A DNA stretch of 64,000 nt, from contig CBFGNI010000001.1 in NCBI GenBank assembly GCA_965650105.1, forward strand, positions 730 to 64,729, in the 5' to 3' direction. How positions within the stretch are numbered: position 1 is the first letter of the stretch; every line of letters begins with the position of its first letter. Positions 19,473 to 30,100 of this stretch are shown here, piece after piece. A model generated the notes under the pieces. It worked only from the letters and a program-made list of their open reading frames with translations. It had not been told where the DNA came from and ran no database searches. A program made the translations under genes and the position numbers. This DNA is from an uncultured bacterium. Lineage in GTDB: Bacteria; Bacteroidota; Bacteroidia; Chitinophagales; Chitinophagaceae.

Positions 19473-19793
19473 CTATTTCTTGCGGTAGTATATTTTATCA
19501 TCGAAGAACTCGTTCAGCGATTGTAAAGCCGGGTTAGCCATACGTTCGTAGATACGCGATATTTCTATTTGTTCTTTGTTTTCGTGTATTTCTTCCAGGT
19601 TGTCACCATGTACGGTAAATTCATCCAGCTTGCGGTGCAATTCTTCCTTCATAGTTACTGCTATCTGACTTGCACGCCTTGAAATAACAGCTATTGATTC
19701 ATACAAATTGCCTGTTTTTTCTTTCATAGCAACTACATCGCGCGTTTCCACCAATGGGTTAACCGATGCCATCACTTTTTTATTTATGCTCAT
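19473..19793 (-). CDS. rpoZ: DNA-directed RNA polymerase subunit omega
   Basis: 106 aa containing NLYESIAVISRRASQI, which resembles the omega-subunit core motif. It sits immediately downstream of bamD and overlaps it, the usual Bacteroidota arrangement. Confidence 0.75.
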   Translation of the reverse strand: MSINKKVMASVNPLVETRDVVAMKEKTGNLYESIAVISRRASQIAVTMKEELHRKLDEFTVHGDNLEEIHENKEQIEISRIYERMANPALQSLNEFFDDKIYYRKK

Positions 19794-20595
19794 TTCGTAT
19801 TTTTTTAATGTTATTATCTGCTAAAGTATAATATTTTTCCGCATCGCGAAGATACTCAGATTTTGGATATCCATCTACTAATTCCTGGTAAGCGTTTACA
19901 GCAGTTGCATAGCGTTCTTCCTGTTTATCGGCATAGCTAAGCTTGGCGTATTGGTACCATGAGCGTATTATCATATACTGGTAATAGTCGCTCTTGTTCG
20001 ATTCGGGATAGTTACGCATCACACTTTTGTACGCAATGCCCGCGGCTTTATATTGGCCAATATTGTAATATAATTTGGCAGCTGCGGCATCTTTTTCTTC
20101 CAGCTTCCTCCGGCAGTCATCCACTATCTTATTTGCCTCATCAATATTCTTTGATGTGGGGTGAGTATTGATATAAGATTGCATGGCCTCCATGGCTTTC
20201 ATGGTATTGGTCGGGTCAAGCGATGGCTTTGGTGACAATTTATACAATGCCAGGGCCGTCATAAACTCTATTTCGTCAGCCTCTTTGCTCGATGGGAAGA
20301 AATCGGTAAAATTCTTGAAGTGATATGAAGCGGAAGTATAGTCCTTCATATACCAGAAGCTGTACGCGTAGCGGTAGTATAAAGGCTCATAGTTCTTGGT
20401 GTTTTTCATCACCGGTATCAGGTCGAAATACAACTGGTTGGCCTGTTGATACTTCTTATTATCGTAGTATTCATTGGCTTTTGTCAGCTTATAGTTTACA
20501 TCGTTGCTTTTACGCACTTTTTCAAAGCCGCCACAGGCACACATTAGTGTCAGGCAAACCGATAAAACCACCAATTGGATACGCTTCAAATACAT
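19780..20595 (-). CDS. bamD: Outer-membrane protein assembly factor BamD
   Basis: 271 aa. It has a lipoprotein signal (LTLMCACGG) and TPR-like repeats rich in Y/A/K, with NEYYDNKKYQQA at the N-terminus. Confidence 0.85.
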   Translation of the reverse strand: MYLKRIQLVVLSVCLTLMCACGGFEKVRKSNDVNYKLTKANEYYDNKKYQQANQLYFDLIPVMKNTKNYEPLYYRYAYSFWYMKDYTSASYHFKNFTDFFPSSKEADEIEFMTALALYKLSPKPSLDPTNTMKAMEAMQSYINTHPTSKNIDEANKIVDDCRRKLEEKDAAAAKLYYNIGQYKAAGIAYKSVMRNYPESNKSDYYQYMIIRSWYQYAKLSYADKQEERYATAVNAYQELVDGYPKSEYLRDAEKYYTLADNNIKKIRNEHK

Positions 20596-20687
20596 ATAGA
20601 GGGTTGCAAAGGTAGCGAAAATATAGTTATTGAACCAATATTATAGCCAAGAGGCTGTTAAAATGAAGGTCTTTAGCTAATTAACAG

Positions 20688-20707
20688 GTTATCCACAGTT
20701 ATCCACA
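20688..20707. promoter_or_regulatory. Perfect 10-bp tandem duplication GTTATCCACA x2, containing two consensus DnaA boxes (TTATCCACA)
   Basis: Read directly from the sequence: TTATCCACA at 20689-20697 and at 20699-20707. A 7/9 copy, TTAACCACT, lies at 20713-20721. Confidence 0.6.
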
Positions 20708-20791
20708 TGATATTAACCACTGTTGTGCACTTTATATGAGAAAAAACAGCTAAAACCCTTACGGGTAAGCTATTAGAGTATATATATGTAT

Positions 20792-20800
20792 TGTGGATAA
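20792..20800. promoter_or_regulatory. Third perfect DnaA-box 9-mer, inverted orientation (TGTGGATAA)
   Basis: Read directly from the sequence. It lies 85 bp downstream of the tandem pair and 85 bp upstream of the mraZ ATG. Confidence 0.6.
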
Positions 20801-20884
20801 ATATGAAACAGTTTTATGCGGTTTGTTCGTGGGAAAATGTGTTATTTTGTGGGAGAAATTGGTGAAAGCACCCAAAATCCCTCA

Positions 20885-21349
20885 ATGACAAACATCTTCG
20901 GAGAATATGAAGTTTCAATCGACGCCAAAGGCCGCCTGCTGCTGCCTTCAGGCTTTCGTAAGAAGCTGCCCGAAAGCACCGTACGTTTTATCATAAACAG
21001 GGGGTTTGAAAATTGCCTTACTTTATTTCTGGAGGATAACTGGAACGCGCTTTCAGAAACTATCCTTCGCCTCAATGATTTCAATCCTAAAGCGCGCGAA
21101 TTCAAAAGATTGTTCCTGAACGGGGCAACGGAAGTGGATATAGACAGCGCGGGTCGCATACTGCTTACCAAATCGCAAATGGAATATGCGGGAATAAAAA
21201 AAGACATGATCGTATCGGCCCAGGGTAATAAAGTAGAGCTGTGGGATAAAGATACGTATTACAAATACATACGTGAGCATTCTGGTGGCTTTAGCGACCT
21301 GGCTGCCGAGGTGGCAGGTGGCAACTTTATTAACCCATTTGAAGGATAA
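20885..21349 (+). CDS. mraZ: Transcriptional regulator MraZ
   Basis: Starting at ATG 20885 gives MTNIFGEYEVSIDAKGRLLLP. A second DxxGR repeat (DSAGRILL) is present. It is the first gene of the dcw cluster. Confidence 0.93.
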   Translation: MTNIFGEYEVSIDAKGRLLLPSGFRKKLPESTVRFIINRGFENCLTLFLEDNWNALSETILRLNDFNPKAREFKRLFLNGATEVDIDSAGRILLTKSQMEYAGIKKDMIVSAQGNKVELWDKDTYYKYIREHSGGFSDLAAEVAGGNFINPFEG

Positions 21350-21351
21350 TA

Positions 21352-22263
21352 ATGAGTGGTTCCACTTTTTACCACACAACAGTTCTTTTAAAAGAAGCCG
21401 TAGATGGCCTTGCTATAAAAGCTGATGGTATTTATGCCGACGCCACATTTGGCGGCGGTGGCCACAGCAGGGAGATTTTATCGAGGCTGGGTGAAAATGG
21501 CAGGCTGGTAGCTTTCGATCATGATGAAGATGCGTGGCGCAATAAGCCCGATGACAAAAGGCTGATAGCGGTGACGGAAAATTTCAGGTATATAAAACGC
21601 TTTTTGAGGTTGCATGGGTTGGGGGAGGTAGATGGTATACTGGCTGATCTGGGTGTAAGTTCTTTTCAGTTCGATACAGCAGAGCGTGGTTTTTCAATCC
21701 GTTTCGACGGGCCGCTGGATATGCGCATGGATAACAGGATGGAGCTTACCGCGGCAGATGTGTTGAAGACTTATGGCGAAGCGCAGTTGCATAAGTTGTT
21801 TGAGATGTATGGCGAAGTAAGGAATTCGAGGCAACTGGCAAAGCACATAGTAGGTATACGCAACAAAACTGCGCTGAATACTATAGAAGGGTTGAAGGCC
21901 GCCATAGCACCCGTAATGATAGGTAATCCTAACAGATACCTGGCCCAGTTGTTCCAGGCTTTGCGTATAGAAGTGAATGATGAGATGGGCGCATTGAGAG
22001 ACTTTTTGCAGCAGGCTGCTGCAAGTTTGAAAGCTGGCGGAAGGCTAAGCATAATAACCTTTCACTCGATAGAAGACAGGATAGTAAAACAGTTTATAAA
22101 AAAAGGTACCTGGGACGAAATAGAAACGGATGTGTTTGGCCGAAGCGAGCAAAAGGCTGTTTTTAAAGCGGTAAATGCAAAGCCCATAGAGCCTTCGGAA
22201 GAAGAAATAAAGAATAATCCCCGTGCAAGAAGTGCACGGTTGCGAATAGCAGAGAAAATATAA
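21352..22263 (+). CDS. rsmH: 16S rRNA (cytosine1402-N4)-methyltransferase RsmH
   Basis: It has HTTVLLKEAVD, the SAM motif DATFGGGGHS, and FHSIEDRIVK. Confidence 0.96.
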   Translation: MSGSTFYHTTVLLKEAVDGLAIKADGIYADATFGGGGHSREILSRLGENGRLVAFDHDEDAWRNKPDDKRLIAVTENFRYIKRFLRLHGLGEVDGILADLGVSSFQFDTAERGFSIRFDGPLDMRMDNRMELTAADVLKTYGEAQLHKLFEMYGEVRNSRQLAKHIVGIRNKTALNTIEGLKAAIAPVMIGNPNRYLAQLFQALRIEVNDEMGALRDFLQQAAASLKAGGRLSIITFHSIEDRIVKQFIKKGTWDEIETDVFGRSEQKAVFKAVNAKPIEPSEEEIKNNPRARSARLRIAEKI

Positions 22264-22653
22264 ATGAGTAGCGAGCCAAAACCATTGAAGCAAGAACAGC
22301 AGGAAGATGTAACGCCTGTGCAGCGTGTCCGTAACGACTGGAAAACGCTGGTGGAGAAGGTGTCCTACAAAGCAATAGTAAGTAATGTCCCTTATCTGGC
22401 CTTTGTGGCTGTATTGTGTGTATTGTATATAAACAATACACAACGCGCGGTAGAGATGCAGCGAGAGCTAACAAAGCAAAACAAAATACTGAAAGAGTTA
22501 CGCTGGAAATATATGGATATAAAGACGCAGGTAATGTATGTGAAGATGGAAACACAGGTGATAAGAAATGCATCGCTGCTGGGTCTTAAGCCGCTTATGT
22601 TGCCCGCATATACCATAACTGCCGAAACAGATACCGTTACCACAAATCAATAG
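22264..22653 (+). CDS. ftsL: FtsL-like cell-division protein
   Basis: 129 aa, a bitopic protein with one transmembrane segment (VPYLAFVAVLCVLYI) followed by a coiled coil. It occupies the conserved position between rsmH and ftsI. Confidence 0.75.
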   Translation: MSSEPKPLKQEQQEDVTPVQRVRNDWKTLVEKVSYKAIVSNVPYLAFVAVLCVLYINNTQRAVEMQRELTKQNKILKELRWKYMDIKTQVMYVKMETQVIRNASLLGLKPLMLPAYTITAETDTVTTNQ

Positions 22654-22660
22654 CCCGAGG

Positions 22661-24751
22661 TTGAATATAAAAAGAGACATAAGGTTTAGAGTGTATGTAG
22701 CTTTTACCTGCATATGCCTGATGGGTGTAGCCATTATTATAAAGGCTGCGCTGATACAGGTTAAAGAAGGGCCGAGGCTACGACAGATGTCTAACAATAT
22801 GCATACACGCACTACTAATCTTGCGGCAGAGCGTGGTAACATCTATACCGAAGATGGCGCTTTGTTGTGTTCATCTATTCCTCAGTTCGATGTACATATT
22901 GATTTTAGTGTTATTCCTGCTGATATTTTCAAGGATAATTTAGATAGTTTGTCGCAATGTATGGCGTCATTGTTTCGCGATGCAACACCTGCACAATATA
23001 AAAAAGAGTTGAGCGAAGCTTATAAGAAGCAGGCGCGTTATTATTCTTTACGCAAGAACCTGCCTTATTATCAATACCAGGCGCTGAGAAGTTTCCCAAT
23101 TTTCAATAGGGGTAAAAGAAGGGGCGGGTTTATAGAAGATCCGCGCATCAAGCGTATTAACCCTTATGGTATGTTGGCTTACCGTACCATTGGTCTGTGG
23201 CGCGAAAACAGCCAGACCATAGGCATGGAGGCTACCTATGATAGTGTGTTGAATGGCGAGAATGGTACGCGTGTTGAGCAGAAACAAACCGGTGGCGTAT
23301 GGGTGCCTGTGGATGGTGCTGAAGTTGAGCCGCAGAATGGGAAGGATCTGGTTACAACACTGGATGTAAGCATACAGGATGTAGCAGAGCATGCATTGAA
23401 AAGTGTAGTTGAACAGTATGGGTGTTTGTATGGCACTTGTATAGTAATGGAAGTGGAAACAGGGAAAATAAGGGCATTGGCAAATCTTGGCCGTCAGAAA
23501 GATGGTACCTACTGGGAAGACTTTAATTATGCAATGATACCTACCGAGCCTGGTTCTACATTCAAGTTGGCCACTCTTATAGCGCTGCTGAATGATAAGT
23601 ATATCAATGTGAACGATATGGTGAACGCTGAAGGTGGGGCTATTCGTTTTGGTAACCGCACCATGCGCGATTCACATCTTGGCCTGGGTATGTTAAGTAT
23701 TAAAGAAGCATTTGCACATTCGTCAAATGCAGCAATGGCGAAACTGGCTTACCAATACTATTATAAGGATCCGCAGAAATATATCGATCATCTTAAAAAA
23801 TTGCATTTACACCAGCGTACCGGCATTGACCTTGCCGGTGAACGTAGCCCATTGGTGAAAACACCACAGAGCAAAAGCTGGAGCGCTACCACATTGCCAT
23901 GGATGGCAACGGGTTACGAAGTGTTGATATCTCCGCTGCACACAGCTATGATATACAATGCAGTTGCCAACAATGGCAGAATGATGCGCCCTTACCTGAT
24001 AAGCGAAGTGCGCGAATATGGTAAGACTATCAAAAAATTTCAACCTGAAGTAATGGAAGAGGCTATTGGCGACTCAAGTACTATCAGGCAGTTGCAGGCT
24101 TGCACACGCGAGGTGGCTGTTAGCGGTACTGCAAAGCATATACAGGGGCCGTTCTATCATATATCAGGCAAAACGGGAACTGCGCAGGTGGCAGATAAAG
24201 GGATCAAGTACACCGATGGGGTGTACCAGGGTTCGTTTGTGGGGTACTTCCCTTCAGAAAAGCCTAAATACACAGTGGCTGTTGTCATACGCACCAGACC
24301 ACACTCAGGTGCTTACTATGGCGGTACCATAGCTGCCCCTGTTTTCCGTATGGTGGCCGATAAAATATTTGCTAATAATAAAGGAAGCTGGCAAGGCCCG
24401 CTGGATAGCATTGCCCGCCTCAATAAGAATATTGTGCCTGCCAAAGAAGCAACCGAGCATAGCTATTCTGTATTACTGGGTGCCTTAGGTAAAAAATTTG
24501 AAAGTAGCCGTGATGGGTATATAACGCAATTATATACTGACTCAAGCAGGAAGATAGTAACACAGCCCGGAAACGTTTATGCAGGGCAGGTACCTAATGT
24601 TAGCGGTATGGGGCTGAAAGATGCAGTATATCTATTGGAAAAAGAAGGCTTACAAGTGCAGGTGCTGGGCAAAGGAAAAGTACAGGATCAATCAATAACA
24701 CCCGGAAGCCGCGTAGCTAAAGGACAAACAATCATATTGCAATTAAGCTAA
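22661..24751 (+). CDS. ftsI: Penicillin-binding protein 3 (FtsI) with C-terminal PASTA domain
   Basis: TTG start. It has an N-terminal anchor and the transpeptidase motifs STFK (GSTFKL), SSN (HSSNA) and KTGT (SGKTGTA). A PASTA-like tail (VPNVSGMGLKDAVYLLEKEGLQVQV) follows. Confidence 0.95.
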   Translation: MNIKRDIRFRVYVAFTCICLMGVAIIIKAALIQVKEGPRLRQMSNNMHTRTTNLAAERGNIYTEDGALLCSSIPQFDVHIDFSVIPADIFKDNLDSLSQCMASLFRDATPAQYKKELSEAYKKQARYYSLRKNLPYYQYQALRSFPIFNRGKRRGGFIEDPRIKRINPYGMLAYRTIGLWRENSQTIGMEATYDSVLNGENGTRVEQKQTGGVWVPVDGAEVEPQNGKDLVTTLDVSIQDVAEHALKSVVEQYGCLYGTCIVMEVETGKIRALANLGRQKDGTYWEDFNYAMIPTEPGSTFKLATLIALLNDKYINVNDMVNAEGGAIRFGNRTMRDSHLGLGMLSIKEAFAHSSNAAMAKLAYQYYYKDPQKYIDHLKKLHLHQRTGIDLAGERSPLVKTPQSKSWSATTLPWMATGYEVLISPLHTAMIYNAVANNGRMMRPYLISEVREYGKTIKKFQPEVMEEAIGDSSTIRQLQACTREVAVSGTAKHIQGPFYHISGKTGTAQVADKGIKYTDGVYQGSFVGYFPSEKPKYTVAVVIRTRPHSGAYYGGTIAAPVFRMVADKIFANNKGSWQGPLDSIARLNKNIVPAKEATEHSYSVLLGALGKKFESSRDGYITQLYTDSSRKIVTQPGNVYAGQVPNVSGMGLKDAVYLLEKEGLQVQVLGKGKVQDQSITPGSRVAKGQTIILQLS

Positions 24752-26217
24752 TGGTGCTACTTAAAGACATATTAATACCTGTAAAGGCACAGCACGTATT
24801 GGGTAATACCAATATCGGGGTGACTGGCATCTGCATCGATTCAAGAAAGGTGCAGCAGGGAAGTGTATTTATAGCGCTAAAGGGTACTGTGGTCGATGGT
24901 CATACGTTTATTGAAAAAGCAATAGCAGATGGCGCCGCAGCAATAGTTTGCGAAACCTTGCCCGCTGAAATAAAAGAAGGTGTTACTTATATAAAAGTAA
25001 AAGACGCGGCACCTGTTACGGGTATCATGGCCGATGCATTTTACAGTCACCCTTCACAAAGTATGAAGGTGGTAGGTATTACCGGTACTAATGGTAAGAC
25101 TACTACTGCAACATTGTTATTCAATCTGTTTACAGTATTGGGATATAAGTGTGGTTTGATATCAACAGTGCAAAACCATATAGGCGATGCAATAGAAACC
25201 GCAACACATACAACCCCCGATGCAGCCTCTGTACAAGCTCTGCTGGCACGTATGCGCGATGCAAAATGTGCATACGTATTTATGGAAGTAAGCTCACATG
25301 CGGTGCACCAGCATCGTATTGCGGGTATTCATTTTACAGGTGGTGTTTTCACCAACATTACGCACGATCATCTTGATTATCACAAAACCTTCGATGAATA
25401 TATCAAAGTAAAGAAGAAGTTCTTCGATGATCTGCCTTCCGGCTCTTTTGCGTTAACTAATACTGATGACAAACGCGGTATGGTGATGCTGCAAAACACG
25501 AAAGCTGAAAAGAACACATACAGCCTGAAAGCTCCGGCAAATTTTAAAGGAAAAGTGCTTGAGAATAACCTAACAGGGCTGGTAATGACAGTTGACAACC
25601 ATGAGGCGCATTTCCGCATGATAGGTACATTCAATGCGTATAATCTGCTGGCGGTTTATGGGGTAGCTATTTTATTAGGTGAAGATAAGATGGCTGTTTT
25701 ATCGGCATTAAGCAACCTGCATGGTGCACCTGGCAGGTTCGAAACATATATGTCGCCAAAAGATAAAGTATTGGGCATTGTTGATTACGCGCACACGCCC
25801 GATGCATTGATAAATGTATTGGCAACAATTAAGCAATTGCGTACAGATGGCCAGCAATTGATAACTGTAATAGGTTGTGGTGGTGACCGTGATAAAGCTA
25901 AACGCCCCATTATGGCACAAGTTGCCTGCGAGCACAGCGATAAAGCAATACTCACTGCCGATAACCCGCGCAGCGAAAATCCTGAAGACATATTGAACGA
26001 TATGGAATCGGGCCTTACCATAACGCAAAAAAGAAAATCGTTGCGCATATCCGATAGGAAAGAAGCGATAAAAACTGCCTGCATGCTGTTGCAGCCGGGC
26101 GATATAGTGTTGATAGCCGGCAAAGGGCATGAAACATACCAGGAAATAAAAGGAGTGAAATACCCTTTCGACGACCGTGAAATATTAGTGGAATCATTTA
26201 AAATGTTGGATAAATAA
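24751..26217 (+). CDS. murE: UDP-N-acetylmuramoyl-L-alanyl-D-glutamate--2,6-diaminopimelate ligase
   Basis: It has the Mur ligase P-loop [11 protein letters not shown] and the DNPR motif (TADNPRSE) typical of mDAP-adding MurE. The start overlaps the ftsI stop (TAATG). Confidence 0.95.
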   Translation: MVLLKDILIPVKAQHVLGNTNIGVTGICIDSRKVQQGSVFIALKGTVVDGHTFIEKAIADGAAAIVCETLPAEIKEGVTYIKVKDAAPVTGIMADAFYSHPSQSMKVVGITGTNGKTTTATLLFNLFTVLGYKCGLISTVQNHIGDAIETATHTTPDAASVQALLARMRDAKCAYVFMEVSSHAVHQHRIAGIHFTGGVFTNITHDHLDYHKTFDEYIKVKKKFFDDLPSGSFALTNTDDKRGMVMLQNTKAEKNTYSLKAPANFKGKVLENNLTGLVMTVDNHEAHFRMIGTFNAYNLLAVYGVAILLGEDKMAVLSALSNLHGAPGRFETYMSPKDKVLGIVDYAHTPDALINVLATIKQLRTDGQQLITVIGCGGDRDKAKRPIMAQVACEHSDKAILTADNPRSENPEDILNDMESGLTITQKRKSLRISDRKEAIKTACMLLQPGDIVLIAGKGHETYQEIKGVKYPFDDREILVESFKMLDK

Positions 26218-26224
26218 GAGAAAG

Positions 26225-27496
26225 ATGCTGTACTATTTGTTTACATATCTGCGTGAGCATTTCGGCTTGTTCGGTGCGGGTGTATTCTATTACATCACCT
26301 TCCGTGCGGCTATGGCTATTATCCTTTCGCTTATTATCACAACTGTATTAGGTAAGGGGCTTATCAATTACCTGCAACGCAAGCAAATTGGCGAAACCAT
26401 TCGCGATCTCGGCTTGCAAGGTGAAACGCAAAAAAAGGGTACGCCTACTATGGGTGGTCTTATTATCATAGCCGCTATACTTATACCCACACTTTTGTTT
26501 GCGCGCATCATGAATGTTTATATCCTCCTCATGATCGTATCAACAATATGGTTGGGCCTGGTTGGTTATCTGGATGATTATATTAAGGTATTTAAGAAGA
26601 ATAAAGAAGGTCTTGCAGGCAGGTTTAAAATAATGGGGCAGGTGGGTTTGGGTATTATAGTAGGTACTACCATGTATTACAATCAGCATGTAGTCACAGC
26701 CCGTAAGGTAATAGAGAACCAGCCCGTGCTGCAAAGCAGTGTTGAAAAGATAGTTTCTAAACCATACGAAAGGAAAGATGAGAATGGTAGGTATCATACT
26801 TATGTTACGGTAAAGGCGCCTACTACTACCATTCCATTTTTGAAGAGTCATGAAATGAGTTATGCTGTCATTGCTTCCTGGTTTGGTAAAGGTGCAATAG
26901 ATATACTAACGCCTCTTATTTACATATTGTTCGTCATTTTTATTATCACTGCGGTATCCAATGGCGCTAATATAACCGATGGTGTCGATGGCCTTGCAAC
27001 AGGCGTTTCAGCTATTGTTGGTATTTGTTTGGGTGTGTTTGCGTATGTGTCGGGCAACTACATTTTTGCCGATTATCTGAAGATCATGTACATCCCGAAT
27101 CTGGGTGAACTATCCATATTTATAGGTGCGTTTGTGGGTGCATGTGTAGGCTTTCTTTGGTACAATGCATTTCCGGCGCAGGTTTTCATGGGCGATACTG
27201 GAAGCCTTGCTTTAGGCGGTATTATCGCATCGCTTGCAATTATTATTCGTAAGGAATTGTTGATACCAATCATCTGCGGCATCTTCCTGGTCGAGCTGGT
27301 TTCAGTAATGCTGCAAGTAGCTTACTTCAAGCATACAAAGAAGAAATATGGTGAAGGACGGCGCATATTGAAGATGGCTCCATTACATCACCATTATCAA
27401 AAATTAGGTTATCACGAAAGTAAAATAACAACGCGTTTCTGGATTATCGGCATCATATTGGCCATCGCCAGCATCGTGACATTAAAACTGCAATAG
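26225..27496 (+). CDS. mraY: Phospho-N-acetylmuramoyl-pentapeptide transferase
   Basis: A polytopic membrane protein with the MraY motifs [22 protein letters not shown] and [12 protein letters not shown]. Confidence 0.96.
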   Translation: MLYYLFTYLREHFGLFGAGVFYYITFRAAMAIILSLIITTVLGKGLINYLQRKQIGETIRDLGLQGETQKKGTPTMGGLIIIAAILIPTLLFARIMNVYILLMIVSTIWLGLVGYLDDYIKVFKKNKEGLAGRFKIMGQVGLGIIVGTTMYYNQHVVTARKVIENQPVLQSSVEKIVSKPYERKDENGRYHTYVTVKAPTTTIPFLKSHEMSYAVIASWFGKGAIDILTPLIYILFVIFIITAVSNGANITDGVDGLATGVSAIVGICLGVFAYVSGNYIFADYLKIMYIPNLGELSIFIGAFVGACVGFLWYNAFPAQVFMGDTGSLALGGIIASLAIIIRKELLIPIICGIFLVELVSVMLQVAYFKHTKKKYGEGRRILKMAPLHHHYQKLGYHESKITTRFWIIGIILAIASIVTLKLQ

Positions 27497-28854
27497 TGCA
27501 AAAGAACGAACACAAATTACTAGTTGTACTGGGCGCCGGCGAAAGTGGCGTAGGTGCTGCCATGCTGGGTAAAAAGCAGGGTTGGGAGGTGTTTGTGAGC
27601 GATGGCGGCACTATAAAAGAGCAGTATAAAAAAGAATTGCAGGTTGCGGGTATCGAATTTGAAGAAGGCCAACATGCAATGGATAAGGTGCTGCAAGCTA
27701 CTTGCATAGTAAAAAGCCCTGGCATACCTGAAAAGGCTGAAGTGATGAAAAGGATTCGTGCCGCGGGTATAGAAGTTTGCAGCGAGATAGAATTTGGTTT
27801 CCGCTACAAAGGCGATAGCAAGGTAATAGCGATAACAGGCAGCAATGGTAAAAGCACTACCACCATGCTTATGTATCATTTGCTGAAAGAGGCACAATAC
27901 GATGTGGCAATGGTAGGTAATATAGGTAACAGTTTTGCCAGGCAAATAGTAGAAAAACCTTGCAATTGGTATGTAATGGAGATCAGCAGTTTCCAGCTCG
28001 ATGACATTCACAATTTTCGCCCCGATGTAGCGGTGTTACTGAATATTACGCCTGATCACCTCGACAGGTACGACTATAAATTCGAGAATTACGTTTACTC
28101 AAAATTTCGCATAGCAGCAAATCAAACAGCAAGCGATTTTTTTGTTATCAACAAAGACGACGAGGTTATTCACAGCTATATTAAAACCCACACAATTCAA
28201 TCCCAACTAATCTATTTTACGATGAACGAGCAACAACCAACGAACGACGGAGGATACATTCACAACGAGCACATGCACATACAGGTAGATGGCGTGGATA
28301 TGAATATGTCGATACATGATCTTTCAATAAAAGGCAAGCACAATCAATACAACAGCATGGCAGCAGGCATATCAGCACGCATAGCAGGTATTCGTAAAGA
28401 AAAAATCAGGGAGAGCTTCGCAACCTTCGAAGGTTTAGAACATAGGCTTGAGTTTGTAGCAACCATTCGCGGGGTCGATTTTATTAACGATAGCAAAGCC
28501 ACTAATGTTAACTCGGTATGGTTTGCGCTGGAGAGTATGAAGATGCCAACCATACTCATTTTAGGTGGCCAGGATAAAGGCAATGATTACAATGAGATCA
28601 TGGAGCTGGTAAAGGAAAAAGTAAAAGCCATTGTTTGCATGGGCATTGATAACAAACCTATACATGACGCATTTGACGGTGTGGTTGAAAATATTGTAGA
28701 TACACAAAGCGCGAAAGACGCTGTAAACGCAGCTTATGCATTGGCGGAAAAAGGTGATGCCGTTTTATTGTCGCCTGCTTGTGCCAGTTTCGATCTGTTC
28801 AGGAATTATGAAGACAGAGGGCAACAATTTAAAGACGCAGTAAAAGCACTTTAA
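27496..28854 (+). CDS. murD: UDP-N-acetylmuramoylalanine--D-glutamate ligase
   Basis: GTG start sharing one base with the mraY stop. It has an N-terminal Rossmann motif (VLGAGESGVG) and the P-loop ITGSNGKSTT. Confidence 0.95.
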   Translation: MQKNEHKLLVVLGAGESGVGAAMLGKKQGWEVFVSDGGTIKEQYKKELQVAGIEFEEGQHAMDKVLQATCIVKSPGIPEKAEVMKRIRAAGIEVCSEIEFGFRYKGDSKVIAITGSNGKSTTTMLMYHLLKEAQYDVAMVGNIGNSFARQIVEKPCNWYVMEISSFQLDDIHNFRPDVAVLLNITPDHLDRYDYKFENYVYSKFRIAANQTASDFFVINKDDEVIHSYIKTHTIQSQLIYFTMNEQQPTNDGGYIHNEHMHIQVDGVDMNMSIHDLSIKGKHNQYNSMAAGISARIAGIRKEKIRESFATFEGLEHRLEFVATIRGVDFINDSKATNVNSVWFALESMKMPTILILGGQDKGNDYNEIMELVKEKVKAIVCMGIDNKPIHDAFDGVVENIVDTQSAKDAVNAAYALAEKGDAVLLSPACASFDLFRNYEDRGQQFKDAVKAL

Positions 28855-28858
28855 GAAA

Positions 28859-30100
28859 ATGAGTATTACAAACAGGCAGCGATTATTTAAAAAGACACAG
28901 GGCGACCAGGTGATATGGGCGGTGGTATTGATATTGTCGTTCGTGAGCTTGCTGGCTGTATATAGCTCTACCGGTACGCTCGCTTATCGTATGGAAAAAC
29001 ACTCAAGCTATTACCTCATCAAGCAGTTGTTGGTTTTAGGTTTGGGCCTGGTTATTATTTACTGGGTACACAAAGTAAACTATACCAAGTTCGCAAAGGT
29101 AGCAGTGCTGTTATACATGATAAGCCTGCCGCTTTTGTTCTATACATTGTTTTTCGGTGCGTCGCTCAATGAAGGCTCACGCTGGATAAAGCTACCCGTC
29201 ATCAACATAACTTTCCAAAGTTCCGATCTTGCAAAACTGGCCTTGTTCATGTTTTTGGCACGCTTGCTCAGTATGAAGCAAAATGTAATTAAAGATTTTA
29301 AAAAGGGGTTTGTGCCGGTACTGTTGCCTGTATTTCTTACTTGCGCATTGATAGCTCCGGCTAATTTATCTACTGCACTTATGCTTGGTTTTACTTGCTG
29401 CATCTTGTTCTTTATAGGCAGGGTACAGGTAAAACATATACTTATGCTGGCGGGTGCAGGTGTTATTGGGGTTATCCTGTTGTTTGCTGTTTCTAAGGCT
29501 ACAGGCTTTGGCCGGGCAGCTACCTGGGAGCAACGGATAACCGATTTTGTAGGGTCTGACGATGAAAAAGGTGGTGAGAAAGAAGATGTGTACCAGGTAT
29601 TGCAAGCTAAAATTGCAATAGCAAATGGTGGTATTGCCGGCCGCGGGCCCGGCAATAGTTTGCAACGTAACTATCTGCCCGAAGCATATTCCGATTTTAT
29701 ATTCTCCAGCATTATAGAAGAGTATGGCTTGATAGGGGCATCGTTCCTGGTGTGTCTATACCTGCTGTTCTTATGGCGAAGCATTTTGATATTCAAACGC
29801 TGTCCTTATGCTTTTGGGGCATTCCTGGCAGTGGGGTTGAGTATCACATTGGTTTTTCAGGCAATGCTGAATATGGCAGTGAATGTGCACCTTGTTCCTG
29901 TTACAGGTCTTACGCTGCCATTGGTGAGTATGGGTGGTTCGTCTATATGGTTTACAAGTATTGCTATTGGTGTTATACTAAGCGTAAGTAAGTATGTAGA
30001 TGAAATGGAAGGTAAAAAGAAAAATAAAAAAGCTGCGCCGGTAGTTGAACTGGAAGAAGCTGACGATAATACAACAAACGTAAAACCTGCATTAGGATGA
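28859..30100 (+). CDS. ftsW: SEDS-family cell-division protein FtsW
   Basis: 413 aa with about 10 transmembrane segments. It has the SEDS motifs FQSSDLAKLALF and LPEAYSDFIFS. Confidence 0.92.
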   Translation: MSITNRQRLFKKTQGDQVIWAVVLILSFVSLLAVYSSTGTLAYRMEKHSSYYLIKQLLVLGLGLVIIYWVHKVNYTKFAKVAVLLYMISLPLLFYTLFFGASLNEGSRWIKLPVINITFQSSDLAKLALFMFLARLLSMKQNVIKDFKKGFVPVLLPVFLTCALIAPANLSTALMLGFTCCILFFIGRVQVKHILMLAGAGVIGVILLFAVSKATGFGRAATWEQRITDFVGSDDEKGGEKEDVYQVLQAKIAIANGGIAGRGPGNSLQRNYLPEAYSDFIFSSIIEEYGLIGASFLVCLYLLFLWRSILIFKRCPYAFGAFLAVGLSITLVFQAMLNMAVNVHLVPVTGLTLPLVSMGGSSIWFTSIAIGVILSVSKYVDEMEGKKKNKKAAPVVELEEADDNTTNVKPALG

